From: Epithemia pelagica
Lineage: Eukaryota > Protista > Bacillariophyta
DNA length: 64,000 nucleotides
Assembly: GCA_946965045.2 (NCBI GenBank)
Contig: OX337240.1
Coordinates: 1,798,001-1,862,000, forward strand
Direction of reading: 5' to 3'
Below are positions 9,604 through 23,350 of the stretch, in pieces; within the stretch, counting starts at the first letter, position 1; each line of letters begins with the position of its first letter. Under the pieces are notes generated by a model, which worked only from the letters and a program-made list of their open reading frames with translations, made no database searches and was not told where the DNA came from. Made by a program: the position numbers and the translations under genes.

Positions 9604-11319
9604 GCCAAAAACGTTGACGATGAAATTATGGCAGCAGTCAACTATCCTGCGATCTGCGACGTGTTGAAAATTGAATGAGCTCTGTAAGCATAATTCGACA
9701 TATTTTTCACCGGCAAATAGAGGTGTTGTTTGGTTTTCAACTGTGGGTTTAGGTTAAACTGTGTTTTCAGATTCAAGATTGCTTTCAGAAATTGTGAGAT
9801 CGGCAGCAAAACAGAATGTGTGAAAAGAGAGCAGAATCGGCGCGCGTGACGTACACTATAAAAATGCCAGACTGTAGAAATCTAGTGTGTGAATTACACA
9901 TTTGAATACCTGTTGATCTCAAGATTGAGACCACCCCAATCCATCATCCTCCTTTGGCAATTGGCATGGTACATGGTGCATCTCCCGACTTCCAACACGA
10001 AAACTCCCACCATCCAAAAGGTTTCGAGTTTCTCGAGTCTCCAACACTGGTTTGCCTAGTTATACTCCGACCAAAACTACTTGACGTGGTGGTTTCGGTC
10101 GAGACGAATGATCTGCTTGGATTGTCTCAAGACCCAGATCCACTCAAGACAGAGATGAGGAACTACACAGAAGTTTGGCTGCATACCGTGTCACTTGGTG
10201 GGTGCTTTTGTCTGGGCATCTGTTCTTGTTCTACAACGAGACAACCGTCTGCGGCGAAAGCAGACTCTCAAGAAAGGAAAAAAGCACTTGTCTCTCGAAA
10301 CATGGAGCTGTAAAATACAGCCGTGCATTATCAATGACTCCTTCCATGCTGCTTCTGACTATCTGACTCCTAGCTAGAGTACCTAGCTAGGTAATAGAAG
10401 TACTTAGGAGTAGCTATGACAAAACCGTTCACCATACTAGAGAGTTATCGGGTTTTTCTTCTCACCCCTCCCGATATGAGTTTCTTTCAGCTTCCTATCT
10501 TTAAAACAAAGTCATCCATTGGAAGAGAAGATAGAAGGAACTGCATGGTTGAGTAACCATAAAGTTAGGAGCACCTCACTGGGACGACGTTGAGCATCAG
10601 ATAGAGATCACATAGATAGCATATTTTAGTCCATTCAGTAAAATGACGTCACACGGGAATCGGGAACGCTTTTATGCGGCGCACTCTCTCATTGCAATTG
10701 TGGGAGGAATAGAATGTCAACCTTTTGGTGAGCACAAGGATTGCAGTGACAAGAACAAAGAAACCAAGTGCCGAGGCCAAGCGAGAGGACACCCACAACG
10801 AGTTGGCTGATCGGACTGGATGAGCCAGTTGTGAATCGCGAATGAAACGATTATAACGCTCATTTTTCTTTGAGTCGTTACACTCATCTTCCCGGAAAGT
10901 GAGAGCAACGACCGAGACGCTGCAGTTGCTGTTAAGCAGATATTAGATGCAAAAAACGGATCTGAGGCACACGCTCTCGTTTGGCTTCCACCTGGAGGAA
11001 GCAGGAAATAGTTGGAGGTCTCTTTGAAAACTCAGAGGGAATAGTGTTGCTGTATTCTTGTTTACTCATTGGTCAGTTCTACCGCAAGATCCATTTTTTC
11101 TCAACTCAGTGGTTTGCTTCGAATGTGATCCAGCTCAAGAAACTATACAGAAATAAGAAGTTGTATCTTGATAGCTCATTGTAGAGAAGCAGATATTTAT
11201 TCCAAGCGAGGTATCAGAGGCTGGCGATTCAAGAAATACAACTTTCTCAATTTCGCACCATTACAAGCTCAGAAACAAAGAAACAGCCCGCGACGAGGAC
11301 TTTTCGGATATCCAGCCAT

Positions 11320-14300
11320 TTGAGCCTTGAGTTGACCCATGTCCATGATAGCCATAACAACCAAGATTTGGGGTCTTCCTCCTTGGAATATTGGGGCGAC
11401 GGAACCTTGCGATCCATCGGCTTCTTTTCCTTTACCGGTCGTTTGGTCCTTCATCATCATAATATCAAAGAGAAAACAAAAGAAGATGAGGAGAAATCTA
11501 AAAACATGCACATGTCCAGGGACTTCCGCCCTGAGCACAACACCGATCCATTGAACAAACCTGTCGAAGTCAACCAAACGGACGAATCTCTGCAAGTACA
11601 ACGTGCTGAGCGAGCGTCTCAGTCTCAGGCCCCGCCGACTCCAGTTCCACCCAATGTTGTCAACCTTACAAGTGATGTGCAATGTCGTGACCTCGAGCTC
11701 ACAAAATCGTTGAGTGTTTTGGATGACGCAACGGCAAGCCGCTTTTCGGATGATATGGTTGGTGATAAGGACGGCGACGACAGCGGAGAGGAAGAAGAAA
11801 AGTCGAGCAAGGTGGAAATGCTACCAACAATCGAAGGTGCGACTCGGTTGGCAGTCGACATGGATGGTAAATCTCCTCTCAAGACTTCAAATTCGTCTTT
11901 GGAGAGGGTCGATCCCCCATTGTCGTTCCAACAAGCAACAGCACAGCTCAGAACGACTCCTCCAAGTGTTTCTACCGAGGTTGCGGCTTCTCCCCCGAAG
12001 TTTCTTGAGACGATGCCTTCCGCAAAAGAAACAGAGCCATCAGCACCAGCGACTCCAACCACAGTGTGGCGCAACAAGGTCAATCGTGTACGTCAAGTAT
12101 TGCGCGCCACCAATCCACCGCCGCGTGTCACCATTCCGGAAAGTTTGCGTTGGAAACGAAAGGAATCCCGAGATGCGTCGTCTACTGTGTCGACCATGAC
12201 TCCTTCTACAACGACGCGCTTGCACCAGTTATGTGCCTTGCCCCACGTTACCCTGGATGAATTGATGGAATGCACCAATCATTTTCCTCAGGCTATTACC
12301 ACCCTGGATACTCAAGGACGATATCCGCTGCATATACTGGGTGATAATGAAACTCTCATTACATCTTCCTTATCAGGACGTGATGTTGCCACCATATTTG
12401 CTGGACATTTGATGAATGAGTTTCCTTCGGCTATCATTGTGACGGATCACGATGGATTTTTGCCCTTTGCGCGTATCGTAGCTGACTGGATTGATTGGGC
12501 ACATGATAGAGAGAAGCCAGAGGATCAAGAACAAGAAGCCCAAGAGCAGCGTTCCCGGCAACAACGGCCACAGTCATCAAAACATGACACTAAATTTACC
12601 GGTGATGACGGAAGTGCCGATCGTGACAGTTCCAACATGAGCTCTGGTTTGAATACGGAACGCCAAACATTCGGTGTAGTCACCCGCCTCACCTCTAAAA
12701 ATGAATATTACAGTACCCGTAAAGGTCTGTTTTCAGGACGGGGAAGCCACCACTCCACTGGGACCCGACGTACTAGCAATGCAAATGACAGTGATGGTTG
12801 TCACAGAGCCTCTCCTAGTGCTGGAAGAACTCAATATTGGCAGTTGGGAAGCTTCCACCGACGACTTTTTCCTCGCCTGGAATCGTGGGAAGAGGTGGAG
12901 TGGTGTTTTGCAATGATGTCCACAGCATTTGATATTTTGACTCGTTCTCAAAACGCTTCTTCAGCAACAACGTTTCCATATACTTCTCTCAGTCCTCCCG
13001 GCACCCCCACCCGACGAAACACGACCAGAGTCCAGCAAGTGCCGTATGCCAATGCATTAGATTCGTCGCAGTCATCATCAGCACATCATTCTTCGGTCTG
13101 CGATCAACAGAATTCGCAGAAGGACCCGACGCGATCGACGAAGAAGGCGATACCGAAGAGAAATGGTTCTACGGTCTTTGTGGAAACCATTGCACAGAAG
13201 ATGCCCAGGCTTCTCTCCACAGTTTTCTTGGTGGATGATGACGGAAGGAACTCTAGAGAACGCCTGTTGGAAACGTTGATTGTTCGTCGCTTATTATTGT
13301 GTCCTCAAACGGTTGGAATGTGGATTATCGAAATGCTTAATCATGGAGGCTCGCCAGCCAAACGGGCGGTGGATTACCTGGAGCTTGTGTCACGTGTATC
13401 TGTGGAAGACTATACAGGAAGTTACGGGGACGTTCATTCTAGCGACATGGAATCCTTCAATAAAGACCGACAAGATGTCTTTGAAGCTGTCGGATCGTTG
13501 AGAGGCACGATTGCTTCCTTGATCTCACTTGATTTGAGGGAAACGGAACGAGCAGCTTCCAGCGCTGTAATTTGGCATACCATGAATCAAAAACTGAGCC
13601 GTCCATTTGTGCTGGGTCTTGTTCTCATTGATTTGCTTCTTCATGTGATATTGATGGTGGCATTCCGTCCCATTGCGAACCTTTCTGCTGAACTTACTCA
13701 ACTTGGTGTAGACCCATCCGGAGTGGTTTATCTCATTTCGATACACTATCTGTTACTGAAAAGTTGCGAAGCATGGGTGCTCTTCACTGTATCGCCTTTG
13801 GCGCTTCGAGCGTACTTCGGCAACATGTGGACACTCTTTGACTCGGTTTGAACAATTTTAACCTTATGGGCTACTGTCTGGTACGAGAAATCCAAGGAGG
13901 GCGAATACCACAATGGTCTGAATGCTCTGGTGACTGGCATATTGTGGGTGAAAGTACTAGGCTTTCTTAAAGTCGTCAACAAGGAAATGTCTACATTCAT
14001 TCTCGCTCTGACACAGATTCTTCATGATATTCGTTTATTCATGGTGTTGCTGGTGATATGCGTAATCATGTTCGGGGACATGTTTTACATTGCAATCAGC
14101 ACAAAAGACGATGGTGCATTCTGCAAAAATATCGAAACGGCCGAGGACTTTGACTCTGGAACCATTGATGACTTTTGTGATTCGACATTTGCTTCATATC
14201 TTCGAGTTTATGTAAGTGCGTTGGGAGACAACCCCACATAAGTGATCAAGAGCAACTGATTTTACATGCCTCTTTTTTCTGAACAGAGCATGCTTCTGGG

Positions 14301-15267
14301 CGACTTTGAACTAGATGATCTGACCGAGACAAGTGGGACTATTGCTCTATTCATTATTTTCACTGTATTTGGTGTGATCATTCTGCTTAATGTGTTAATT
14401 GCCATAATTTCGGACTCGTATGAAAGAGCGACCATGAGCGGGACGCTGCTCTTCGGACGTGCTCGAGTTTTGTACGTGGCACAAAACGAAGCCTTGGAGA
14501 GATTTCTACAACCTCGTGGTCAACCCGGTTCCACCTCGGCCTATGCGGCTCTTGATACTGAAAACAGTCGCCACAAAAAGGCACGTCAAGCGACGCGATG
14601 GACGATGCTCCTTGCCATTGTGGGAACGGCCATTTATGCATTGTTGTTTATGGTGGGATTATGTATTACCTTGGCACAAAACGAAAGTTGGTTCAGCTTT
14701 TGCCTCGGTAAGTTGTCATGCATAATGGAGGATGTTCACGCGAGGACTTCACACTTCTCTTGACACTCATTACTGCTGGGTGGACTTATCCTATGCCTGT
14801 AGCACTTGGTGTTGTTCTCGTTTTGCTATGTGCTCTCTGGGTTGTCGTGACCTTCATACTGGACGGAATCCTTCGAGATTTACTTCCAGAGGCAGCGGAG
14901 CGTGTCTACGACTTGATTGGTACCATAAACAATGCCATTGTACGTGTGATCTCCAATTTCTTATTTGGGTTGAACAAACAAAAGGTCCCAACAATTGGTG
15001 CCAATGGAGCGACTGAGGAGGAATGGAATGGTCGTGTCAAGTATTTGGAGACTGTTTTGGAACGGTTGGTTGCTGAGACTAAGGTTGAACTCAAATCTGA
15101 GATATTAGAAATGAGAACGGTAAGTGTGCCGTTAAATCATTCACGATACTGAAGACAAAAATTGATTCATACTTTCGTTGACAAAGTGTTCCTCACACAG
15201 CTTTATTGATATAAAACAGGAGGTTCAGGAAATTCATGAGCACGTAACGACGACATGGGATAAATAG
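11320..15267 (+). CDS. Ankyrin-like repeat, TRP/polycystin-type cation channel; 4 exons; one in-frame TGA at 13849-13851
   Basis: Ankyrin-like motifs (GRYPLHIL, DHDGFLPF); multiple TM helices; pore/S6 MLLGDFELDDL...IILLNVLIAIISDSYER; GT-AG introns 14212-14286, 14708-14802 and 15120-15219 keep the frame; stop TAG at 15265-15267. Confidence 0.8.
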
Positions 15268-17456
15268 TTCCTCGATACGATGCAGTGGTGGTTGGTGGTG
15301 AGATTGTGATGAAGTGAGATGCAGTCGTAGCCATGCTATTTGCGGAGGAATGTTAGTATCCTATGAACTATTGATACCAAGAGAGCACGGACTGACACGA
15401 CTGTGGAGATAACTGAACACTTGATTGCGGGAAATTGAGGATATTCTTTGTCAGCAGCTTATGCTGCGGCGACTTGGCAAAAGAATATTCATTCTTAATG
15501 GCGGTGGAACAATGAGATTGCAGATCGTGATGCTCACCTCAAATTCAGAATTGATGATCAGCATGTTAAAGAATCAACAGGGCCCTTAATATGAATGACA
15601 TACGGGAACTGTTCGGAGGAGAAAAGGTAATGATCTGGTGGGAAATTCCCAACATATCTTGCAATGAACAACGGCTGTATCTGAAGCCTGTCTGTATGTT
15701 GTTATCAAGAGAATCAATGGCACTAACACTTGCCTATCATCGGTCACAGATTCGGTCACTTTAACTTCGAGGCTTTCTAAAGAGATGAAATGCGTTGACC
15801 CATCTTCCTACCTAGTCATGGGTGATGAGTTGCGAGTGGATCAGAACAACCGTCGTGGCACTGAGCGTTTTGCGTGATTGTGAGCTACATTGGTATGTTT
15901 GCTGCCAAATACCAAGCACCTCGTCTTTCGACCCAAACACCTGTTAATCTAACATCTTCTCAACATCATCTCTGTTCTTGGCATCATGATTACCAAGAAT
16001 GCCAGTGATCGCCCCATGGTGTGCCCAACCATTCAAAGGCGTTGTATCGTCTCCCGGAAGACTGACAGAAGACAGAAACGCTTGGCTCATTCCAGAATGC
16101 GAATTCGCATACGTTGCACTCAATGCCTATCCCTTTTGCCTTTTGTTCCAGATGTTTCTCGCACTCGTACTGGAGTTCAAGTCACGCTCTGTTTCTGAGT
16201 TAAGATCTATTCATTTTTTTACGGCCTATGACCGTTTAGGATCTGTAAGCAGTAAACAGTTGTTTTTCGACAACAAAGTGCTTCTTTTATGTTCTGACGA
16301 ACCTCTGCACAGAGACCAGTGACCCAGCAGACTTTGTGTCTACCTACAGCGATGAGGATGGGAATTGGAAAGGGAGGTTGGAGTTCCGCTATGGCTGATC
16401 GAAGTCCATAGCTGCGGATAGGATAGAGGGCTCTAGGAGTACAATAGTGGTGATGATCTTGTCGACCTACTCCTAGATCTAGAGGAGTAGTCCACAGTCC
16501 ACAAACAGGACAAACCACAACAGCCAAAGGGTCACCCCCCCAAAAGTCCCCAGTCGTGCCCTCTTTTCCACACAGCACACAGCATTTAAGGCGCATTCAC
16601 CCATTCACATTCACATCAGAGAACTAGGTACTCGTACGTACGAGTACTCCTACGAGTAATACTCGTACTCGTAATAACTAATGGATCTTACCCATGACAC
16701 TAGCATTGAGTATCCGATGACCATTGCATCTGGGGGCATGAAAGTTTTAATATTCCCCCAAATGCCGAGATGCCTGGGCATAAAGTCGATGAATCTTGGG
16801 GCAATATGGATCTGTGATGGTAGTTATGGATGTGTCATCACTTGAAGCTCAGTAACCATTAAGGAAAGGAAAGACCACAAGACGGTAGGGAATTTCTGGT
16901 ATTCCCTTAACTACTCCTAATAATGTTTCTTGTTTCTGGCCGTCGAACAGCATAGACGTGGTAGCTTCATAGACCCCCACTCCGCACTCGCCATCTCCAT
17001 TCTCCATTGTAGAAAGAGAGTAAAGACAGACGGAAACTGCGGACACCAAAACCCGAACCATTTCATCTTCATGGGATCCACAATAAATAATAATGGGACA
17101 AAAAAAGAGAGAACAAGAAGGCCGTCTGGGTCTGGGGTCTGGGTCTGGGTGTGTGGAGTCTGGAGTGTGGTGGAGAGCGGAGAGCGGAGAGTGGAGAGTG
17201 GAGAAGAGTGGGATTGGACCTTGACCCGTGACTGTGACTGTGGTCCGTGTGGCGCTTTTCCGCCTCTCTGTTTTTGTGTTGGTCTTTTGGCCGTCACGGC
17301 CATGAGGAGCAACGACTCTGAGCAACCGACCAACATGGCCGAAATAGCACTCCAGATGTTTCTAAAACAACTTAATGTTTATCTTTAAAATGAGCAGCTA
17401 GGATCATCAAATTGTCCAAAAACTGGTAGGCACCATGTTTCGCTTCGTCTAAATCT

Positions 17457-18110
17457 CTAGTAGTAGGTTTGGGCACTTTGTCCTCGTTGTGCCATGCTGT
17501 TGTTCCCTTCTGCTCGTCGGCGCATGATTTCTGCTTGCCATTTAAAGAGTTCATCAAAGGTGAATCCCAATCCAACTCCTCCATTTTCTCCAACGCCGTT
17601 ACCAGCGCCCGCAAAATGTCCATTTCGTTCGTGATGGGGTGCATTCTCAATCGGACTGACAGTCTTGCAACTGGGGCAAAGTACATAGGAAGCGTCCTGA
17701 ATGCAGCAGAGTTCTAACGAGCAGGCAAAGCAAACAACTGGGATATGAAAATCATGTTCGATGCAACTCCACGTTTCTTGTGCTCCACGAAGTCGAGCAT
17801 AGACGCCTGGTCCCAGTTCCACCATGGTGTCATTCGATGGATTCCGTGCCGGACGATGTGGTTGTGGCGGACCTCCTCCACCTCCTCCTCCATAGGCAGC
17901 TTGTTTCCGGGCTATAACATCATCGTAGGCTGAATCATAAAAGCTGGTGGGTGCATGATTTCTCCGACCTGCGGGATGCCGGCGATTCCGCTCCATCATA
18001 CAATCGTCTAGGGCAGACTGTCGCGGTGGTTGTGGCGGCTCTCCCATATTTTGTCCTCGACCTTGATGTTGATGGTGTGGGTGATGGTTGTAATAGTTGT
18101 CGTAGCTCAT
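17457..18110 (-). CDS. Hypothetical protein with Cys-rich zinc-binding-like motif
   Basis: MSYDNYYNHH... low-complexity N-terminus, then LGPGVYARLRGAQETW...CFACSLELCCIQDASYVLCPSCKTVSP (CxxC...CxxC) and GGVGLGF. Confidence 0.7.
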   Translation of the reverse strand: MSYDNYYNHHPHHQHQGRGQNMGEPPQPPRQSALDDCMMERNRRHPAGRRNHAPTSFYDSAYDDVIARKQAAYGGGGGGGPPQPHRPARNPSNDTMVELGPGVYARLRGAQETWSCIEHDFHIPVVCFACSLELCCIQDASYVLCPSCKTVSPIENAPHHERNGHFAGAGNGVGENGGVGLGFTFDELFKWQAEIMRRRAEGNNSMAQRGQSAQTYY

Positions 18111-19151
18111 GGTCGTGTGTTGTTCTTGTAGTTGATCTTGTACAACAATGCTTCGATGTTCGATGTGACGAGATGCGAAATAATGGTCCGAACACAAACA
18201 CAAACCAGGGGGAAGGGGGGCAGTCTGCAGTCTGCGCACAGCGCATCTGGTTTCTGGTCGCGCCCCTTTACTTCCATGTTGAACACCGCGGGATCTAATG
18301 GTGAAAGGAGCAAAGTATGATGTTTTTCGTGCGGAAACTTTGGCAGTGACTCCCAAATTCCTTTGGGGGCGACGGGAGTTCTGTGTGGGAGTCGAGACAT
18401 GTGGTGGGAGTCGCGAGATTTGTCCTGAATCTGAGTCCCGTGGGTGGGGTCGAAAGCTGTCGAACGCCTCCTTTTCAGCTTAGTACTTCGTACGAGTACA
18501 ATACAAAATCCTCCATGGAGTGGTCGTACTCGTATGTCCGGCAGTTGTCACACAGGGCTATTAAAGCCATAAAGTCCCTACCAATTGCAGCCTCCAGTGC
18601 AAACGAGCGCGGAGGTACGACTACCGCTCAAAATAATCGAAATTCTGTGAGGAAACAGAAACCATCAAAGAGTAAGTAGTAAGTCAACTGACAAAATATT
18701 TTCTCTACTGACGACAGTCTTTTCAGTTGACACTTGACACTCTACTATTGTATTGTACTCGTACTGGTACATCAAAGGGCATAATAATATATTTTATTAT
18801 TACAGGTTCCAGGTTCCGGTTGTCTTCCGGAGATGACAGACAGCAGACAGAGTCCCCCAGTCCCCATTCCCCCATTATTATTATTGGGCCACAAAACTCG
18901 TTGGGAAATGGGATTACACAATCACCACACAAAACACAAAACCGAAGCTTGAGGCAAGAAACAACACTAGAAAATGAAAGACCTCAAGAAAGCGCATGTG
19001 GAACAGAAGATGATGATGGACAGACGACACGAGATGAGAGATGAGAACAGAGCTGTTAGAGGTTAGAGGATCTTGAGCTGCGGAATTTCAGGCGTTCTTT
19101 TTCGGAAATAGATTTCGCACTTCGTCCATCCTTACTTTCTTTGTGTCTTTT

Positions 19152-19301
19152 GGGCCCCCCGACGCCTCCTCCCATATTCGAACAGAGTTTTCCTGTCTAC
19201 GTAGCTTCGGATTCTTTGCTGGTAACCTCAAGAGTTTTAATGGTGTGTTCACCACCAGTTCGAACTTGAGCCTCGTGGACTTTCAATCCCCCCAAACCCA
19301 A
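19152..19301 (-). repeat. 3' terminal direct repeat (150 bp) of the YR retrotransposon
   Basis: 149/150 identical to 27952-28101 (gagttttcct vs gagtttccct). Confidence 0.95.
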
Positions 19302-19748
19302 TGCACGCCGACCTTGGGCCCTTCCTCGTAGCCATCCAAGCAAGAGATCCCTCGCAGCCAAAGATACAAGGCGAACAAACAGATGAAACAACTCAATAAC
19401 TTAAACAAATTAGATTCTCGCGATCATAATCATATGATTAGATCGTGTTGTGGGGGGAAGGCGACACCTTCTCCACTCAGGGCCAAAGCCGGTGTTCTGT
19501 AACCAGCTAAGGGTACCAATTTATCAGCCACGGGTAAATGAACCATGTCGAGACTCCTGTTTGTTCCCCTGGATTCCCCCAACGCAATCAGGTAGCACCA
19601 TGCAATCGCAAAGGGGGCAAGGGACAGCAGACTGTGACGGAACAAACCCATAAACCAACAATCAAGAAGAGAAAACGCCTTGCCATGTCGGCTTTCTCTC
19701 AACTTGTAGGAACCAAAACCCCCTCCACCAAGAATCTCGACTGGGCAA

Positions 19749-21378
19749 TCACATGGACCGAGTGTACCTCAATAACGGACCCACAAGCAAGTTTAGATCG
19801 GCATACATGTGGTCTATCCTGGCTCCTGGCTTGTTTGTGCCCGCATTTTCTTTCGTTCTCCAGCGGTTGACTGTATCAACGTCTGGAGTGGCAACGCCAA
19901 TTTCTTTGGCTCTCGTATTTGATCCTCTCCGGAAGGATCGAAAGACTGCGTATCTTGATATTATGTCCTCTTCGTCTTTGATGGCAGCAAGCGGGAATGT
20001 CGTCCAAAGCTCTTGACGTGATGGGGGTCCCATTGCGATTGAGCATCAATGGTCCCGACCATCGTCCTATCTCCTGGGACAGGCAAACTGCCCGATTTAT
20101 CCATCGTCTTATCTTTATTCCACTGCTGGTCTCGTCGCAACATGGCAAAAGGTGTGAGCGTTCGATGTGCTCTCCTTTGAACTGCCCCCACAACCCAACC
20201 ACAATACAGTTTCGTTGCCTGTAAAGATCCATGTATTTTACAAGCGCATTCAAGTCCAGCAGCAAACCCTCCGGGCCTCGTAACGACAAAACGTATGACG
20301 TAGCAAAGAAGGTGCCAGCAAGAACAAGGAAGAACGCGTCGTGTTCTTCTCGGTTCTCCACAATCTCCTCTTCGATTGAGCCCAACAAGGCTTGCATTAG
20401 TTCACTGGTGGTCACAGCCTGATCAGGTCGCCAGTCTTGGCCCATTCGACGTCGACATCCTTCCACAAATCTGGAGAACCATAACGAACCGCTCTCATCC
20501 TGACCCATTCGGGAAAAGGCCTTTCCATTGTTGTCTGTAAGCACCAACGGATGGCCGTTTACCAACGTAGAAGCCGTTGCCCTCACATGATTTGAATAGG
20601 TAGAGCAAAATTTTCGTATTGTATCAAACTGCTTTCTGTCTCGATGATACTTTCCTTGATCCAACGACGCATCCAGCATTAGGAAAGCCACATGATAGCC
20701 ACAATGGTCGTAATTTGGGAAAGGACCAGGGCTTCTGAAGGGTCCGAATGGAATCCCAACTTTCTTGGATTTTTCTATCATCATTTTTGCATTCCTCGTG
20801 TTCTGCATGACCGTACTCGTAGCCCTGCTCCAAAAGGCGTCCAAGTTCATTTGTCTTATGCAGGTGAGAAGGTACTGGTCTTTTAGGTTTTGCGAGTCAG
20901 GCTCCTCTTGTCGCAGTTTCCGGAACACGCACAAATCGCATTCGAACGGCGTGACCATGTGATCGCCGGCTCGTGCTTGATTGAAATCCTCCCGACGGTC
21001 TCTGGTGCGACTCCTCCAAGTCTCAGCCACCAGACGGTCTTGATCCGATTCTTCTACCATGGTGTTCCGCGACGCGACGTAGAACCGGTCATCGTCGCTC
21101 AAAGAATAACACCCTGGACACCATGCGCTCCGACATGGAGCGCATTTTCCAACACTGTACGCAAAATTTGCGCAGAAGATCCCGTCCCCCCACGGGATCT
21201 TCTTTCCACATTTTCCGCAATTTCCGATCCATTGAGAACATCTTCGGTGTTCCTCGGAGTTGCCATGGCTGTGACCTGATAAAAGGAAAAACAAAACGAT
21301 TAGAGGTTCGAAGTTTCCTACAGGCCAAAACGAAGTTCCCGCTGGAATTTCCGGCACAAGGTCGCAAGCCTTGTGCAA
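19749..21378 (-). pseudogene. Tyrosine recombinase, split by a frameshift near 20000
   Basis: LSLRGPEG (first catalytic Arg) in ORF 19876-21378; FRSFRRG, NRWR and DHMY (catalytic Tyr) in ORF 19749-20033; N-terminal CxxC clusters. Confidence 0.8.
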
Positions 21379-21411
21379 TTGTTTAAACCACTTAGGTGTA
21401 AGTAAGCGTTG

Positions 21412-22410
21412 TCACAAGAAGACGTGCATGGAAGACTGACGCTTATGACGGGCTTTTCGAAGCTCTTCTAAAGCCACGTCTGCTCCTCCCGGGGGAGGAG
21501 CCCATACGAAATGTCCTGGCCGAAGGATTGGCAGGGACAGATCGTTATGATCCGACGGGAGCGTCCATCCCCTGATGTCATGGCCAGTGGTGAACCAATC
21601 CATGGGGGTTAGGAGCTCCGTCTTGGCACCCAACCAAGATCGGACCCATTCAAAGAGAGTATCTGACATTTGGATAGGAGTTTTGTGAAGGGGGATGTAG
21701 GACAGCATAGGCGACCCTGCCATCACCCCTTCATTCAATCCGTCAACTCCAACAGCGATCATCCGTTTACCCGAGACGTGAGAAATGTGGAGTCTCAAGG
21801 CATGCTTCATCTCTAGTCGCCTCAAACGGATTACGAGGTCTAGGAGTTTTGGGCTGGACGACGACCCCTTATAGAAACACCTTTCCACCGTGGAATTATC
21901 GGTGAAGAAGAATACTTCCGTGGAATCAAGTTGGCCTGTTGTTGCTTCTTCCTCGAGCGACTCAACACAGTTGGTAAACTCTTTCCAGTTGGAGGATTCT
22001 TCAACAATGATGTCTCTTCCCCAGACGCCCACTCTGTAGGACAATTTCTTCTGTGGCAACTGGAAGGCCGCGCCGAATCCGCATCCCGACGCGTCTCCAC
22101 AACCAAACAAGGCCACGTAAACGGACGAAGCTCTCACTTGGACCTTTGGAGGCTCTTCTTCCACGAGCATCGCTGCCAGCGCTTTGACATCCGACTTGAG
22201 ACGCGGAACAGCTTTCACTGACTTGTGTGGATTTTCCGAACGCACTTTCGTCCCCTTTGTATCCTGCATGGACGGTTCGCTTTCCTCGTCCTCTTCTAGG
22301 AAACCACACAAGGTATTAACCTCGGCATGCAAGAGTTTCCTGCAACTGAGATATCCATTCTCTTGTCGAAAGCTTCCAGCCATCCCCGTTCCGGCCCGGC
22401 CGCCAGACAT
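21412..22410 (-). pseudogene. RNase H domain of the YR retrotransposon (frameshifted from RT)
   Basis: FGCGDASGCGFG, SSNWKEFTN, FFFTDNSTVE, HISHVSGKRMIAVGVDGL are typical DIRS-type RNase H motifs. Confidence 0.85.
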
Positions 22411-23350
22411 TCATCGTCAAGTAAAAGCCCTTCAAAAATGGCATCATGGAACTAAAGGTCAGGGCTTGGTGGACGAAGAAACCGACATCTCTCTGCATTT
22501 GTTTGTGGTCGAAGATTGGAGCGTCGCTTTCGACAAACGCTTCCACGTATTTCTTCAACAGGGCTTTCCCCTTATCCCATTTCTTTTGCGTCAGCGTTTT
22601 CGACACTGCTGACTCCGAAATGTGATGGACGCTACCCGCCCAAGCTCCTGGTGTTTTCGACGGTGGGCGGCGCTTTCGAGGAGCATCTTGAATGCCCAAG
22701 TACTGTAATCGAGAGCCCAACCGTCTTGCCACTTGCCATACGTGCTCAGCAGACGACCCCACAGTTCGAAGGTCGTCCATACAGGTTACCACATCACCCG
22801 CAATGTTGTCTAGCTTCGAGTTCCATTTCATCACCCAGGGAAGTGTTGGTGTGTAGTCGGCGGACCCTGGAATGTTGAACCGCACAGCATCAAACCCACA
22901 CGGGCTCGTCGGGTCTTGTGGGGATCCCTTGGCTATTTCTTCCGCAATGTGTAATGTGTAATGCCGCGCTGCGTGGAAAGGACTGGGCAACATGCCCATG
23001 AAAAGGCGGTTCCAGCGTGCGAGCTTGGGTTTGGATTCAGATGGTGGTGTAGCAAGATGGTCACGTAACGGAGTTAGATCAACACCAGCAAATGGACGAA
23101 GGTGAATGTCCATCGGGAAGTTGAGGAACATCTCGCCTAAGTCCATGTCACCACAGTAGGAATCGCACGTTAGGAGACGTAGCGCAGATTCGGAAGATGG
23201 TAACCAAAAGTTTGGGGCCCACAACGATGCATTGAGTCCACAACTTGTGCCGTTGTAGACCATACGAATATCACTGTCACCTTTTGGTACAGCAAAGTAG
23301 TCCGACATGCTTGCAATAGGCGCGTTTAGATCAAAATACCCGTGGTTCAA
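22316..23350 (-). pseudogene. Reverse transcriptase of the YR retrotransposon
   Basis: FAVPKGDSDIRMVYNGT, GDMDLGEMFLNF, RLFMG...SPF; YxDD box reads CMDD (TGT, one change from TAT); frameshifted at both ends. Confidence 0.85.

Noticed and set aside
13849-13851. Genome-wide reassignment of TGA to Trp
   Set aside because: TGG is used for Trp throughout, TGA ends HMG copy 1 at a plausible C-terminus, and the other interruption (57580) is TAA.
17372-17686. Separate 104-aa gene
   Set aside because: It overlaps the 3' end of the better-supported 17457-18110 gene in another frame and has no recognisable motif.
19000-19750. B1/B2 split direct repeats or ICR of the YR element
   Set aside because: By eye, the sequence outside the 150-bp repeats does not recur in 19302-19748 or near 27430-28270.
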